Both the position numbers and the translations under genes were made by a program. Of a DNA stretch of 40,537 bases, positions 17,918 through 26,546 are shown piece after piece. The notes under the pieces are model-generated. The model was not told where the DNA came from, did no database searches, and saw nothing but the letters and a program-made list of their open reading frames with translations. Position 1 is the first letter of the stretch; each line of letters starts with the position of its first letter. Origin of the DNA: a virus (Duplodnaviria; Caudoviricetes); the IMG/VR virus record IMGVR_UViG_3300036773_000030, positions 1-40,537 of that record. One strand, given 5' to 3'.

Positions 17918-19045
17918 ATGAGCAATTTACACGATCCATTCAATCCTAAGACCGGCGAATTCCGCGACAACATTCGCATGGCGAATCAGGACGATTCCGA
18001 ATTACGTGAATCGTTAAAACGACTTGGTTGGTGCAAGCAATTCCCTGCCATTGCCGACGAAAACGGCGTGATCCTGGTCGGGCATCGCCGCATGAAAGTT
18101 GCCAAGGACTTGGGCATCGCGCCTGTGATCCAGTCCTTCACGTTCGGCAGCGGCGACGCGGCCGATGCCGAGCGCCTGAAGATCGCACTTGCGTCTAACA
18201 TCGGTGGTGCGCCGATGACTAAGGACGATCGCAGGCGCATGGCCGAATATCTTTACGGCTCGCGCGATTGGACAATGGAGCGGATCGCTGAAGCGTTGAA
18301 TGTGACCGCTATGACGGTTAGTCGCGATCTTGGTAATTTTAACACAATGTTAAAATTAAAAGCTTCCAAGACTACCAGCAATCCAAAGGGAGCCGGCCGT
18401 CCCAAGGGCAGTAAAGACGCTGGCAAGGCGCGGCGTAAGAATACCAGCATCACAGCGGAGAATGCCGCCCGATCGATCCTCGACCAGAATAAATCATATC
18501 AAGAGATAGAAAAACAAACCGGATTTTCCAACACGGTACTGCGCTCTGCGGTCGCGCGCGAGGAAGGCCGACGCGAGGCTGAGTTGCAGGTCGCTCCCGA
18601 CACATTATCGATGACGGCGCAGCAAAAGCTTGATGCCGCGATCCGGCAGCACAAGCACAAATTGGATGCCGAATTCGAAATGCGCGTACTGGAAGAATGC
18701 AAACATCGCTTGGATGAAATAAGCCTCCCGCATTATGCAAAACAGATAACCGAGCTTGAACAGCTTATTCGTAACCGCAAAGGCGTGATGGATCGCCTAA
18801 CCTACAAAAAAATCCTTGCTTGCCTGCATCCCGATCGCGTCCAGGAACCAGCATTGAAAAAACGTTATGAGGAGGCATTCCGATTATTCGCTGATCTGGA
18901 AAAACGCATACTAGATGAAAAGCAAAGCCCGACACAATTCCAGCGGATGCCGCGAACCTATGAGGAATTGATGGCGATGAAGGCCAGGGTCCAGGCCGCG
19001 CGCCGGGCTAAGCGATCTGATAAGTCAAATGTAGGCATACGGTGA
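17918..19045 (+). CDS. ParB/Srx N-terminal domain - HTH - C-terminal HPD (J-domain-like) protein
   Basis: LRESLKRLG...DENGVILVGHRRMK (ParB motif), WTMERIAEALNVTAMTVSRDL HTH, GAGRPKG AT-hook-like, YKKILACLHPDRV...EEAF. Confidence 0.75.
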   Translation: MSNLHDPFNPKTGEFRDNIRMANQDDSELRESLKRLGWCKQFPAIADENGVILVGHRRMKVAKDLGIAPVIQSFTFGSGDAADAERLKIALASNIGGAPMTKDDRRRMAEYLYGSRDWTMERIAEALNVTAMTVSRDLGNFNTMLKLKASKTTSNPKGAGRPKGSKDAGKARRKNTSITAENAARSILDQNKSYQEIEKQTGFSNTVLRSAVAREEGRREAELQVAPDTLSMTAQQKLDAAIRQHKHKLDAEFEMRVLEECKHRLDEISLPHYAKQITELEQLIRNRKGVMDRLTYKKILACLHPDRVQEPALKKRYEEAFRLFADLEKRILDEKQSPTQFQRMPRTYEELMAMKARVQAARRAKRSDKSNVGIR

Positions 19046-19056
19046 TTTAGCACACG

Positions 19057-20679
19057 TCACCAGCCGGTGGTTCGGCTCATCGGCTTTTCGCCACCGATCG
19101 TCAATGCAATGGCGTTGCAGATCGCCGCGAAGCGCTCGCGGTAGCACGCTACATCGGCCGCGCTATCAACGAAACAAACCTCGATCAGCACTGCCGGCTG
19201 ATCGGTGCCATTGAGAAACGCCAGATTGTCCCGGTATTTCGCGCCCCGGTCGATGAACCCGCCGGCCTGCGCGATCGCCCGCGAAATCTGCCCCGCCAGC
19301 GCTTCCTGCGTCACGTAGATCACCTCGACCCCAACCGGGTCGGCCGTGGTCTGGTAGGCATTGAAATGCACGCTCACATCCAGATCGCGCGTGTTGTCGT
19401 TATGCACCGTGACGATAGTCTCCAGGTTCTCGCTTTGCGTTGTGCTCAAATCGTCATGGAATTGCACCACCCGGCCGCCGCCGTTCTTCAGCAGCTTCGC
19501 CACCTGTTCCACCACCCGACGCGCCTCGTCCACCTCATCGAGGCCCCAAGGCGCCGGTCCGCAGGCGCCGCGCACTAATAGGCCATGCCCCGAACTGATC
19601 ACGATATCGCGCAGTGGTAACGGCGGCGGCAAGACGTCCACCACGGGAGGTACTGGTGTGGTTTCAGCCTCGTCGCCGCCGTCTGCGCCATGGTCGCCGC
19701 CATTTGGCGCAACTACATCCAGCAGCAAATCCTCAATCGCAAGGCACAGTTTATCTACCGCCGGATTGACCTCCGCCTCCCGGCGGTTGATCGGCCCCCA
19801 GTGCTGGCGCAACAGCCGCAGCCCAACCGCGCACATTTCCACCGCCATTTGCGGGCATTTCTTGGCCGCGTCTTGGTACTGGTAGCCAACCCCATCGCCG
19901 TAACACGACCAGTCCGCCGACGAGCACGCAACATCCTCCTCGAATACCTCAAGCCAGCATTGTTGCGCCCCAATGTTCGGCGCGTACACGTCCAGCAGTT
20001 TTTGCATTTCAGTTGAGCAGGATGATGAATTCCAACTTTGCTGCCAACTCCCGGCTTCGGCGGTAGTCGCGCTGGTGTTAGCGGCGCTCTGATCGCGGCC
20101 GCAACAATGCTGGCCGCTCGACTCCCGCATTCCCAAGCCCCAGACCAGCACGAACAGATGGCGCAGCGTGTCGAGGCCGTCCTCGTCATTCGCCATGCCG
20201 AGATCAGCGTAAACGTCGGCATACCAAGCCAGCGCATCGGTATCGGTATCCCCCACCCATACCGCCTGCCCCATCAGGAGCGCCGCGCTGTCCTCTATCG
20301 CCCATTTGCGCACCAGGGTCGCATAGGCGAGCGCCATGCCCTTGGTATAGCCCGCTGGCGCCACACCGCGATCGCGCCAAGCATAACGCGCCACCGGCGA
20401 GGCCATTGCGGTATCGGTAATCCGCCGCACCAGCGCGGCATCCAGCGGCGTTAGCAATTCGGGCGGATACGGCGGCAACACATAGTCGTCCTCCAGCAGC
20501 GCCCAGGTCTGCGGACCAACCACACCATCGACGCTGATCGCCTTGCGGATTTGATAGCTGCATACCGCCTGCTGGGTTAGCGGACCGAAGTCGGCATCCA
20601 GCGGCTCGACCTCCAAGCAAGTCTGCACATCGACCACCAGTGACCCCTGGTCGCCGCGCCGGATTGTCGGTCTGCTCAT
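19057..20679 (-). CDS. Multidomain endolysin: PG-binding + lysozyme-like + N-acetylmuramoyl-L-alanine amidase (Amidase_3)
   Basis: DADFGPLTQQAV...DGVVGPQTW (PG-binding); GMRESSG (SLT-like Glu-Ser); SSGHG, E, SVHFN, LIEVCF (Zn amidase). Confidence 0.85.
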   Translation of the reverse strand: MSRPTIRRGDQGSLVVDVQTCLEVEPLDADFGPLTQQAVCSYQIRKAISVDGVVGPQTWALLEDDYVLPPYPPELLTPLDAALVRRITDTAMASPVARYAWRDRGVAPAGYTKGMALAYATLVRKWAIEDSAALLMGQAVWVGDTDTDALAWYADVYADLGMANDEDGLDTLRHLFVLVWGLGMRESSGQHCCGRDQSAANTSATTAEAGSWQQSWNSSSCSTEMQKLLDVYAPNIGAQQCWLEVFEEDVACSSADWSCYGDGVGYQYQDAAKKCPQMAVEMCAVGLRLLRQHWGPINRREAEVNPAVDKLCLAIEDLLLDVVAPNGGDHGADGGDEAETTPVPPVVDVLPPPLPLRDIVISSGHGLLVRGACGPAPWGLDEVDEARRVVEQVAKLLKNGGGRVVQFHDDLSTTQSENLETIVTVHNDNTRDLDVSVHFNAYQTTADPVGVEVIYVTQEALAGQISRAIAQAGGFIDRGAKYRDNLAFLNGTDQPAVLIEVCFVDSAADVACYRERFAAICNAIALTIGGEKPMSRTTGW

Positions 20680-20748
20680 TGCCGCCCCTTCCCCCGCCAG
20701 CGGCGGCTGAGCCAAGCCCAGCCGCCGTAGTCAATGTTAGACCAGCGT

Positions 20749-21306
20749 CTAATCCTGCTCTTGCTCCTGCCCTTGCGAGGGCGTTGGCGTTGGTCCGGTC
20801 GGCACCCCAACCACCACCCACCCGGTAGTTGGCGACCACGCGGTTTTCCATTCGATCTTTGGTTGGCCGGCGCCCGGATTGTTGGGATCGCCCGGATTGG
20901 CGATCGGGTTGGTTGGGCGCGACGGGTCCCAGATCACCGGCGGATAGTAGATCGGGTGCGTTGGCCGTCCCGGACCCGGTTGCGGTCCCGGCAGGCCCTG
21001 GTCGGGATAGTTGATCGGCCCCCACGGGCGCGGCGGTTGCCCCGGCTGCGGTCCCGGGAAGCCAGCGTCAGGGTAGTTACCAACGCCGCCACCGCCCCAG
21101 ATTCCAGGTGGCGGTTGCGGCAAGCCCTGATCGGGATAATTGATCGGCCCCCATGGCCGCGGCGGTTGACCCGGCTGCGGCCCGGGAAAGCCAGCGTCCG
21201 GATAATTGCCGACACCGCCACCACCCCAGATGCCAAGCGGGGGTTGACCGCCACCGCCACCGCTATCACCAAGTGGAGTGATCAATGCCAAAAATGCATG
21301 TCGCAT
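20749..21306 (-). CDS. Pro/Gly-rich repeat protein
   Basis: GAGGAGG RBS; two 43-aa repeats differing mostly synonymously; C-terminal WKTAWSPTTGWVVVGVP. Confidence 0.8.
   Translation of the reverse strand: MRHAFLALITPLGDSGGGGGQPPLGIWGGGGVGNYPDAGFPGPQPGQPPRPWGPINYPDQGLPQPPPGIWGGGGVGNYPDAGFPGPQPGQPPRPWGPINYPDQGLPGPQPGPGRPTHPIYYPPVIWDPSRPTNPIANPGDPNNPGAGQPKIEWKTAWSPTTGWVVVGVPTGPTPTPSQGQEQEQD
20986..21243 (-). repeat. 129-bp tandem repeat x2
   Basis: Units 21243-21115 and 21114-20986; by hand count 19 synonymous and 2 non-synonymous codon differences. Confidence 0.9.
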
Positions 21307-21329
21307 GGTTCAGCCTCCTCGGTTAAGAC

Positions 21330-22799
21330 TCAGTGCGCCGCCGCCCGCTGCTCCAGTGCCTCAATGCGCGCCATGGCTTCCTGTAGCGCCTTGGTTAGCG
21401 CCGCGATTACAGTCATCGGATTGGGCGATTGCAGCGCCTCGGGGGCATCCTTCTCGGCACTAGCGGCGCTTGGTGTCAGTGTCTCTTGTAATTCATGGGC
21501 AACGAAACCCCAGCGTTCGATATCGTCGGTCGCGATCAGCGGCTCGATTTCCTCGCCGTCTTTCGCCATTGCCCGTTGCTTTTCCAGCGAACCGGGTGGC
21601 GTGAACTCTTGGTGCGTATACTTGATCGGCCGCAGCGCCTTCACCGTCTCCCACATGGATGACAACGGGGCGATATCTTTCTTCGCGCGATAATCCGAAG
21701 TAAATGAGACAAAGCCAACGAATGTCGTCTCCACCCAAGATTCGAGTTGTCCTGACCAATTGAAATTCAATATGCGCTGATAAGTGGCACCAGCCCCGCT
21801 ACCTTGATGCCCGGCAAAGCCTTGGCCCAGCTTCACGTAGGGTGCATTGACACTAAAGCGACATTCATCCGCGCCCAGATATAGAAATATGTCGCTGCCA
21901 TCTATATTCTCAATACTATGAGTAGATGAGCGTTGATAGGTTGTGCCGCTGGCGCCGATATAGAACCTGACCCTTGGTACCGAATCATAAATGTATGTGT
22001 AGTTTGCGTCACGATCGAAGGCATTAGCGCCATTCATCTGGATGGTGTTGCTACCGACGTTCAGCGCGCCGCCGATCAGATTGAACTTGCCGGAATACTG
22101 CAAATAGCGGGTTGCCGTGTTGCCGAAATAGACCGTTCCAGCGTCGGTTTGATCGCCGACTACGATAGTGCCGACAAAGTTTCCGGTACCGCCCGTATAT
22201 AAATTCCCCGAGTTGTCGACATAGGCGAGCGTCGTGCCGTCGCCGCGCTGGAAGTAGGCGGTGCCGGTGCCCTGCCGGATAATGGTGTTGGCGCCGCCAT
22301 CCCAAAGAATGGCATTGCTGGTGCCATTCAAATAACAATACGGCGAATTGACGCTGCCAAAGTTTCCGGTACCGGCACCGGTGTATAAATTTCCCGAATT
22401 GTCAATATAAGCAAGCGTGGCGCTGCCATCGCCTTTCTGAAAAATCGTGCTGCCGGTTCCCTGCCGGATAATGGTGTCGGTATTATTGGTATAAATGGAA
22501 TTGTTGATGCTATTTAAATAACAATACTGCGAATTGACACTGACGGTTGCCGACAAAGAGCCAGTAATTGACAGACTGCCGCTCATGGTATCGCCGGCCT
22601 TGGCGACAGCGCCGAACGCAGTCAACGCACCAGCCGCCGTGGTCGCCCCGGTACCGCCAGCCACGATCGGGCGCGGCACATTAAGATCAGCGGCCACATC
22701 ATCGACGTTGGAATTGTAGTTGGCACTCAGAATCGTGGTGTTGGGCGTGCCGTGCGTGCCGGGAGGGGTATTATACACGCCTGACGAATTTCGAGGCAT
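21330..22799 (-). CDS. Tail fibre with C-terminal intramolecular chaperone (peptidase S74-like)
   Basis: MPRNSSGVY N-terminal anchor, GGTGATTAAGA, KAGDTMSG, TSDYRAKKDI...GFVAHELQE...ALQEAMARIEALE. Confidence 0.9.
   Translation of the reverse strand: MPRNSSGVYNTPPGTHGTPNTTILSANYNSNVDDVAADLNVPRPIVAGGTGATTAAGALTAFGAVAKAGDTMSGSLSITGSLSATVSVNSQYCYLNSINNSIYTNNTDTIIRQGTGSTIFQKGDGSATLAYIDNSGNLYTGAGTGNFGSVNSPYCYLNGTSNAILWDGGANTIIRQGTGTAYFQRGDGTTLAYVDNSGNLYTGGTGNFVGTIVVGDQTDAGTVYFGNTATRYLQYSGKFNLIGGALNVGSNTIQMNGANAFDRDANYTYIYDSVPRVRFYIGASGTTYQRSSTHSIENIDGSDIFLYLGADECRFSVNAPYVKLGQGFAGHQGSGAGATYQRILNFNWSGQLESWVETTFVGFVSFTSDYRAKKDIAPLSSMWETVKALRPIKYTHQEFTPPGSLEKQRAMAKDGEEIEPLIATDDIERWGFVAHELQETLTPSAASAEKDAPEALQSPNPMTVIAALTKALQEAMARIEALEQRAAAH
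22176..22541 (-). repeat. Internal ~62-aa duplication in the tail fibre
   Basis: SVNSxYCYLN...TIIRQGTG...TLAYxDNSGNLYTG...GTGNF twice. Confidence 0.85.
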
Positions 22800-22808
22800 T
22801 TCAGTTTC

Positions 22809-24839
22809 CTATTGCATTTGTGGCGTTGCTATCGCTGTTCTTCCCGCCACGCCGCTGTTGACGATGCCGCGCGCGATCCGGTCACGCACGGCATTCGCCA
22901 CTGCCGCCCGCTGCTTCGGCACCGCCAGCCATTCCTGCACGATCGCCTGCATCCGCTGCGGGTCCTGCTCCGCCATTTGCAACGCAATGCGATCGCGCGC
23001 CGAAGCAGTGCGGCTATCAATTACATTCTGCGCCAGCCGCTTGGCGCCGCTTAACGCCAATCCGGTAAGGGAGGTCGATGGCGTTATCAGTTTGACCGGA
23101 TCAGACATTTCCTTGGCGGCGAGGCGCTGCGCCGTTTCCGGTCCGCCGAACAGCTTTTGATAAGTATCGCGAAAACCGGTTTCACGTTCCAGCACATCGC
23201 GAACCGCCTGCGCCCGCTGCGGTCCGAACGCGGTCGCCAGCTTTTGTGAATTCCAATCCTGCGGCTGACCCAGCACATTGTTCAACTTGGCCAAATCGTT
23301 TCGATTGGTACCAACGATTCGATCGAGTTCGGCGCGCGCCCCTTGCCGCATTCGGAATGCCTCGCCGGACGGTCCGAGCGCAATGGTTGACCCTTTTGGC
23401 TCAGCGGCGGCCGCCATTTCGGCGGCGAATTCGTCCGGCCGCATGCCCGTGTTGCGGCCGGTATCAAAAATGCTGGCGCCGGTCTCTCGCGGTTGCAGCG
23501 CCTGCCGTTGCGCCGCTAGTTCGGCGTACTGGGCATCGGCTTCACGAATCCCGGGAATGCGGTTGTGCATTTCCTGACTGATCTGGTCGTAGGCGTCATT
23601 AAGCACCGCCCTGGTACGCGGCGGTACGTTTTGCGCATCCCGCATTCCGCGCACCTCGGTGCGGACTTTCTGCAATACGCGCGGATCGGGATCGAGATAA
23701 CCGGGCGCGCCAGTGATATCGAGCATGCCGCGCGTTTGCTTCAATGCCGCCTGGGTGGCGCCGCGCTCATCCATGGCGCGCTGTGACAGCGTTCGGGCAA
23801 TCTCCGAGGTATCGACCGGATGCGAACGATTGAATGCGGTTTCGTACTCGACCGCGAGCGGCGATTGCTCCCCCATGCGGGCGCCGACACCGGCCGCCTC
23901 TACGCTGGGGATCGTTGTCGGTCCGAGGTTCTGATTAATCGCCTGCGCTATTCGCTGATCGGTGCCGGCATTACGTGCCTCGGTGGCGGCCTTGAGCGCG
24001 CTGCGTCCCGGACCACCGGTACCGAGGACTGAACCCTGCGCCACTCCCAACATGGACGGCCCCATGTCGGGCAACATGGCGCCGGGCGTATTCAAGACCC
24101 GCTGTAGTCCCGGCAGGTCCGCCTGCACCGCCGCAGAGACGTTATTGAGCGGACGGTTTAGAAGATAATCGACCCCGCGACGAGCACCGCCCACCGTGGC
24201 GCCTGCCGCACCCCCGCCAAAACCAAACACGCCGCCAAGTTCAGCGCCGCTGGCGGCATTGTTGATATAATCCTCTGGCTTGCCGGTATAGGTCTGACCG
24301 GCGCTTTGCATCCCGCCTAACACGCCCCCTTCCAGCGCGGCTTGACCAATCCGCTTGACGACACCAACGGCGGGCTTGACCATCTTCAATAACGGACCGC
24401 CGGTTGCCATCCCGCCGACCAGTCCGGCTGCCATAGCAGTAGCCGGGCCAAGCCGGTTGCTGGCCTCCTCATCCTTTTTCAGTTCGGCCGCCAACGCATC
24501 GTTATAGCTGGGCTGATTCCCCATTAACGTTGCCAGTGCCGCTGCCCCGCGTGGCGCCAAGCCGAACGAAGCTTCGGTACTACCGACGCGCGCTAGATCG
24601 CGCAGCTGTTGTTGCTTAGCGGCTAGGTCGTACACCGTGGCGGGTTCTGGCGCCGGCAGTGGCGTAACACGCTCGTAAGCGTCCCATGGATTATTGGTGC
24701 CGGCCGCCGGTGGCGCCGCCACTGGCGTAACACGCTCATAAGCGTCCCACGGATTGGCGGCAGTCACGGTAGGGGCGGCCGGGGCGGCCGGCGCAGCAGG
24801 CGCAACCAAAGGTGGGAAAGCATCCCAATAATCTGCCAT
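22809..24839 (-). CDS. Internal virion / DNA ejection protein
   Basis: 676 aa, Ala/Gly-rich helical, N-terminal WDA[FY] repeats (NPWDAYERVTP x2); position before the tail fibre. Confidence 0.7.
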   Translation of the reverse strand: MADYWDAFPPLVAPAAPAAPAAPTVTAANPWDAYERVTPVAAPPAAGTNNPWDAYERVTPLPAPEPATVYDLAAKQQQLRDLARVGSTEASFGLAPRGAAALATLMGNQPSYNDALAAELKKDEEASNRLGPATAMAAGLVGGMATGGPLLKMVKPAVGVVKRIGQAALEGGVLGGMQSAGQTYTGKPEDYINNAASGAELGGVFGFGGGAAGATVGGARRGVDYLLNRPLNNVSAAVQADLPGLQRVLNTPGAMLPDMGPSMLGVAQGSVLGTGGPGRSALKAATEARNAGTDQRIAQAINQNLGPTTIPSVEAAGVGARMGEQSPLAVEYETAFNRSHPVDTSEIARTLSQRAMDERGATQAALKQTRGMLDITGAPGYLDPDPRVLQKVRTEVRGMRDAQNVPPRTRAVLNDAYDQISQEMHNRIPGIREADAQYAELAAQRQALQPRETGASIFDTGRNTGMRPDEFAAEMAAAAEPKGSTIALGPSGEAFRMRQGARAELDRIVGTNRNDLAKLNNVLGQPQDWNSQKLATAFGPQRAQAVRDVLERETGFRDTYQKLFGGPETAQRLAAKEMSDPVKLITPSTSLTGLALSGAKRLAQNVIDSRTASARDRIALQMAEQDPQRMQAIVQEWLAVPKQRAAVANAVRDRIARGIVNSGVAGRTAIATPQMQ

Positions 24840-26545
24840 CAGTGTGCCTTGCGCTCGATGCCGTCTGGACCAACGAATATCGTGCCCGGCGGCAACTTGG
24901 CTATTTCGTCAATCGTCTTAACCCGTTGAGGTTTATTGCGCTCATACTCAGCGATCACTTCATCCGATACCCGCCGCGCCTCCGCCCCGCTAGCACCGAT
25001 CGCCGCGTCGGTAATGAGATTACGTCGCCGGGCCTTGTCGCGAAGATCGGTGTCGGTATCGCCGACCTGCGGCATGATTGACGGCAGCGTGCGCATAGCT
25101 TCACTTGGCGACACCGCCGACCCGCTGCGCATTTTCAGAAACGCCGCGGCGAAGTTACCCAAACGGTCTTGCGCAGAACGGTACTCCTGAGAAACCAAGG
25201 TGCGACCCAGACCCAAAGGCAATCCCGCCCGCCCCACTTGCAATGGATCGGTTAGCGCCTTGCCATAATTGAGCTTGTTATCGACTTCCGCGAGGTCGGG
25301 CTTGACGGTAGTGGCGAAGTTGACGGCTTCTTGTTGTTGCGCCGAAAGCTGCGGCGCCGGTGAACCCTTTGCATGAATAAATGGCGTATCTAACGGCGCT
25401 CCCTTGGGACGGATCAGGGTCTCGTCGCCCGGACCCTTGATCTGATCAAAGGCGTTCTGATTCTGCTCAAATTCCTGCTGGGTCTTGCGCGCGGAGGCGG
25501 CGGTCTGCTCGATCTGCACCCGCTTGGCTGGATCACCGAGAATCGATTCGCGGTTTTTCTCCTCCGCTTGAGCATTTTGCGCGCGATCGAAATTATATTG
25601 ATTGGTGACCTGCTCTTGCCGCAGAACGCGCTGCTTCTCCCATGCGTCGAATACTGCCTTGGCATCCGCTCGCAATGCCGGTGACTTGGTTGGATCGTTC
25701 ATCGCCACGAAGGCATTCTGCTGTTGTCTGTAATACGGCACCAGCGGCGGCTGCTCCGGTAGCGATTTGATGGCGCGTGGTTCCGGCGCTGCTGGAATTT
25801 GCTCACTTGACGGCAACGTGCCGGCGGGGGCTGCGGGTGGTGCTGGTGGCGCTGCTGGCCTTGCCGGCGCCTTCGGAATGTCGGTCACGATCGGCGGGGT
25901 GCCGGCATCAGTTGGTGGCACCGCCCTCCAATCGACCGTCGCCGGGAGCGGCGCAAACGTTGCCAGTGGTCCGCCGCCGATCGGCGCCTTGTCTAGCATG
26001 GAGCTTTTCGCCAGCGCCCGCGCCAGCTTGATGCGCCCGGCATCGGCCTCGACCTGCGGGGCGCCGGCGACCACGGCTTGCGTTCTCACCGGCACATCGC
26101 CTTGCGCCACCGGCTGGATAGAATCCGGCGATGGCGGTGTCAGATCGGGTGCCGGCGGCGTTAGATCAGGCGGCGGCGGTGGTGGCGTCACATTCGGTAC
26201 CGGCGCAGTGTCGCGCACAACTGCCGGTGCCGGCCTTGCCGGCGGTGGTGCGGTATCCGCCCCGGCATCATCCGCCGAAGTCGGAAGTCCACCAAGCGCC
26301 GCGCGCTGCCTCGCTTCCTGCGCCGCGAACAGCCGCGACTGCTGATCCAGCCGGTTCAGCGCAATGGCATCGGTGATATCGCTGACGCCACTGAAAATGC
26401 CTTCCCCAATCGTGGTGGGATACGGCCGCTTGGCATTGGCGCTCGCCGCCGCCGCCGCGATCGCACGGCGGTTCTGCAATTGCTCATAACTCAGCGGCGA
26501 ATCCGGCGGGACATCGGCATAAAATGAAAACAATGAATCGGCCAT
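24839..26545 (-). CDS. Internal virion / DNA ejection protein
   Basis: 568 aa, Pro-rich middle; LKMRSGSAVSPSE...PQVGD and KLPPGTIFVGPDG motifs; coupled to its neighbours. Confidence 0.7.
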   Translation of the reverse strand: MADSLFSFYADVPPDSPLSYEQLQNRRAIAAAAASANAKRPYPTTIGEGIFSGVSDITDAIALNRLDQQSRLFAAQEARQRAALGGLPTSADDAGADTAPPPARPAPAVVRDTAPVPNVTPPPPPPDLTPPAPDLTPPSPDSIQPVAQGDVPVRTQAVVAGAPQVEADAGRIKLARALAKSSMLDKAPIGGGPLATFAPLPATVDWRAVPPTDAGTPPIVTDIPKAPARPAAPPAPPAAPAGTLPSSEQIPAAPEPRAIKSLPEQPPLVPYYRQQQNAFVAMNDPTKSPALRADAKAVFDAWEKQRVLRQEQVTNQYNFDRAQNAQAEEKNRESILGDPAKRVQIEQTAASARKTQQEFEQNQNAFDQIKGPGDETLIRPKGAPLDTPFIHAKGSPAPQLSAQQQEAVNFATTVKPDLAEVDNKLNYGKALTDPLQVGRAGLPLGLGRTLVSQEYRSAQDRLGNFAAAFLKMRSGSAVSPSEAMRTLPSIMPQVGDTDTDLRDKARRRNLITDAAIGASGAEARRVSDEVIAEYERNKPQRVKTIDEIAKLPPGTIFVGPDGIERKAH

Positions 26546-26546
26546 G

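Noticed and set aside
20734-21693. 319-aa overlapping ORF on the - strand (also 20204..21025)
   Set aside because: Arg-rich shadow frames; the synonymous pattern and RBS support 20749..21306 and the tail fibre instead
20986-22541. Repeat pairs as DGR template/variable repeats
   Set aside because: No reverse transcriptase; differences are synonymous or general, not adenine-specific
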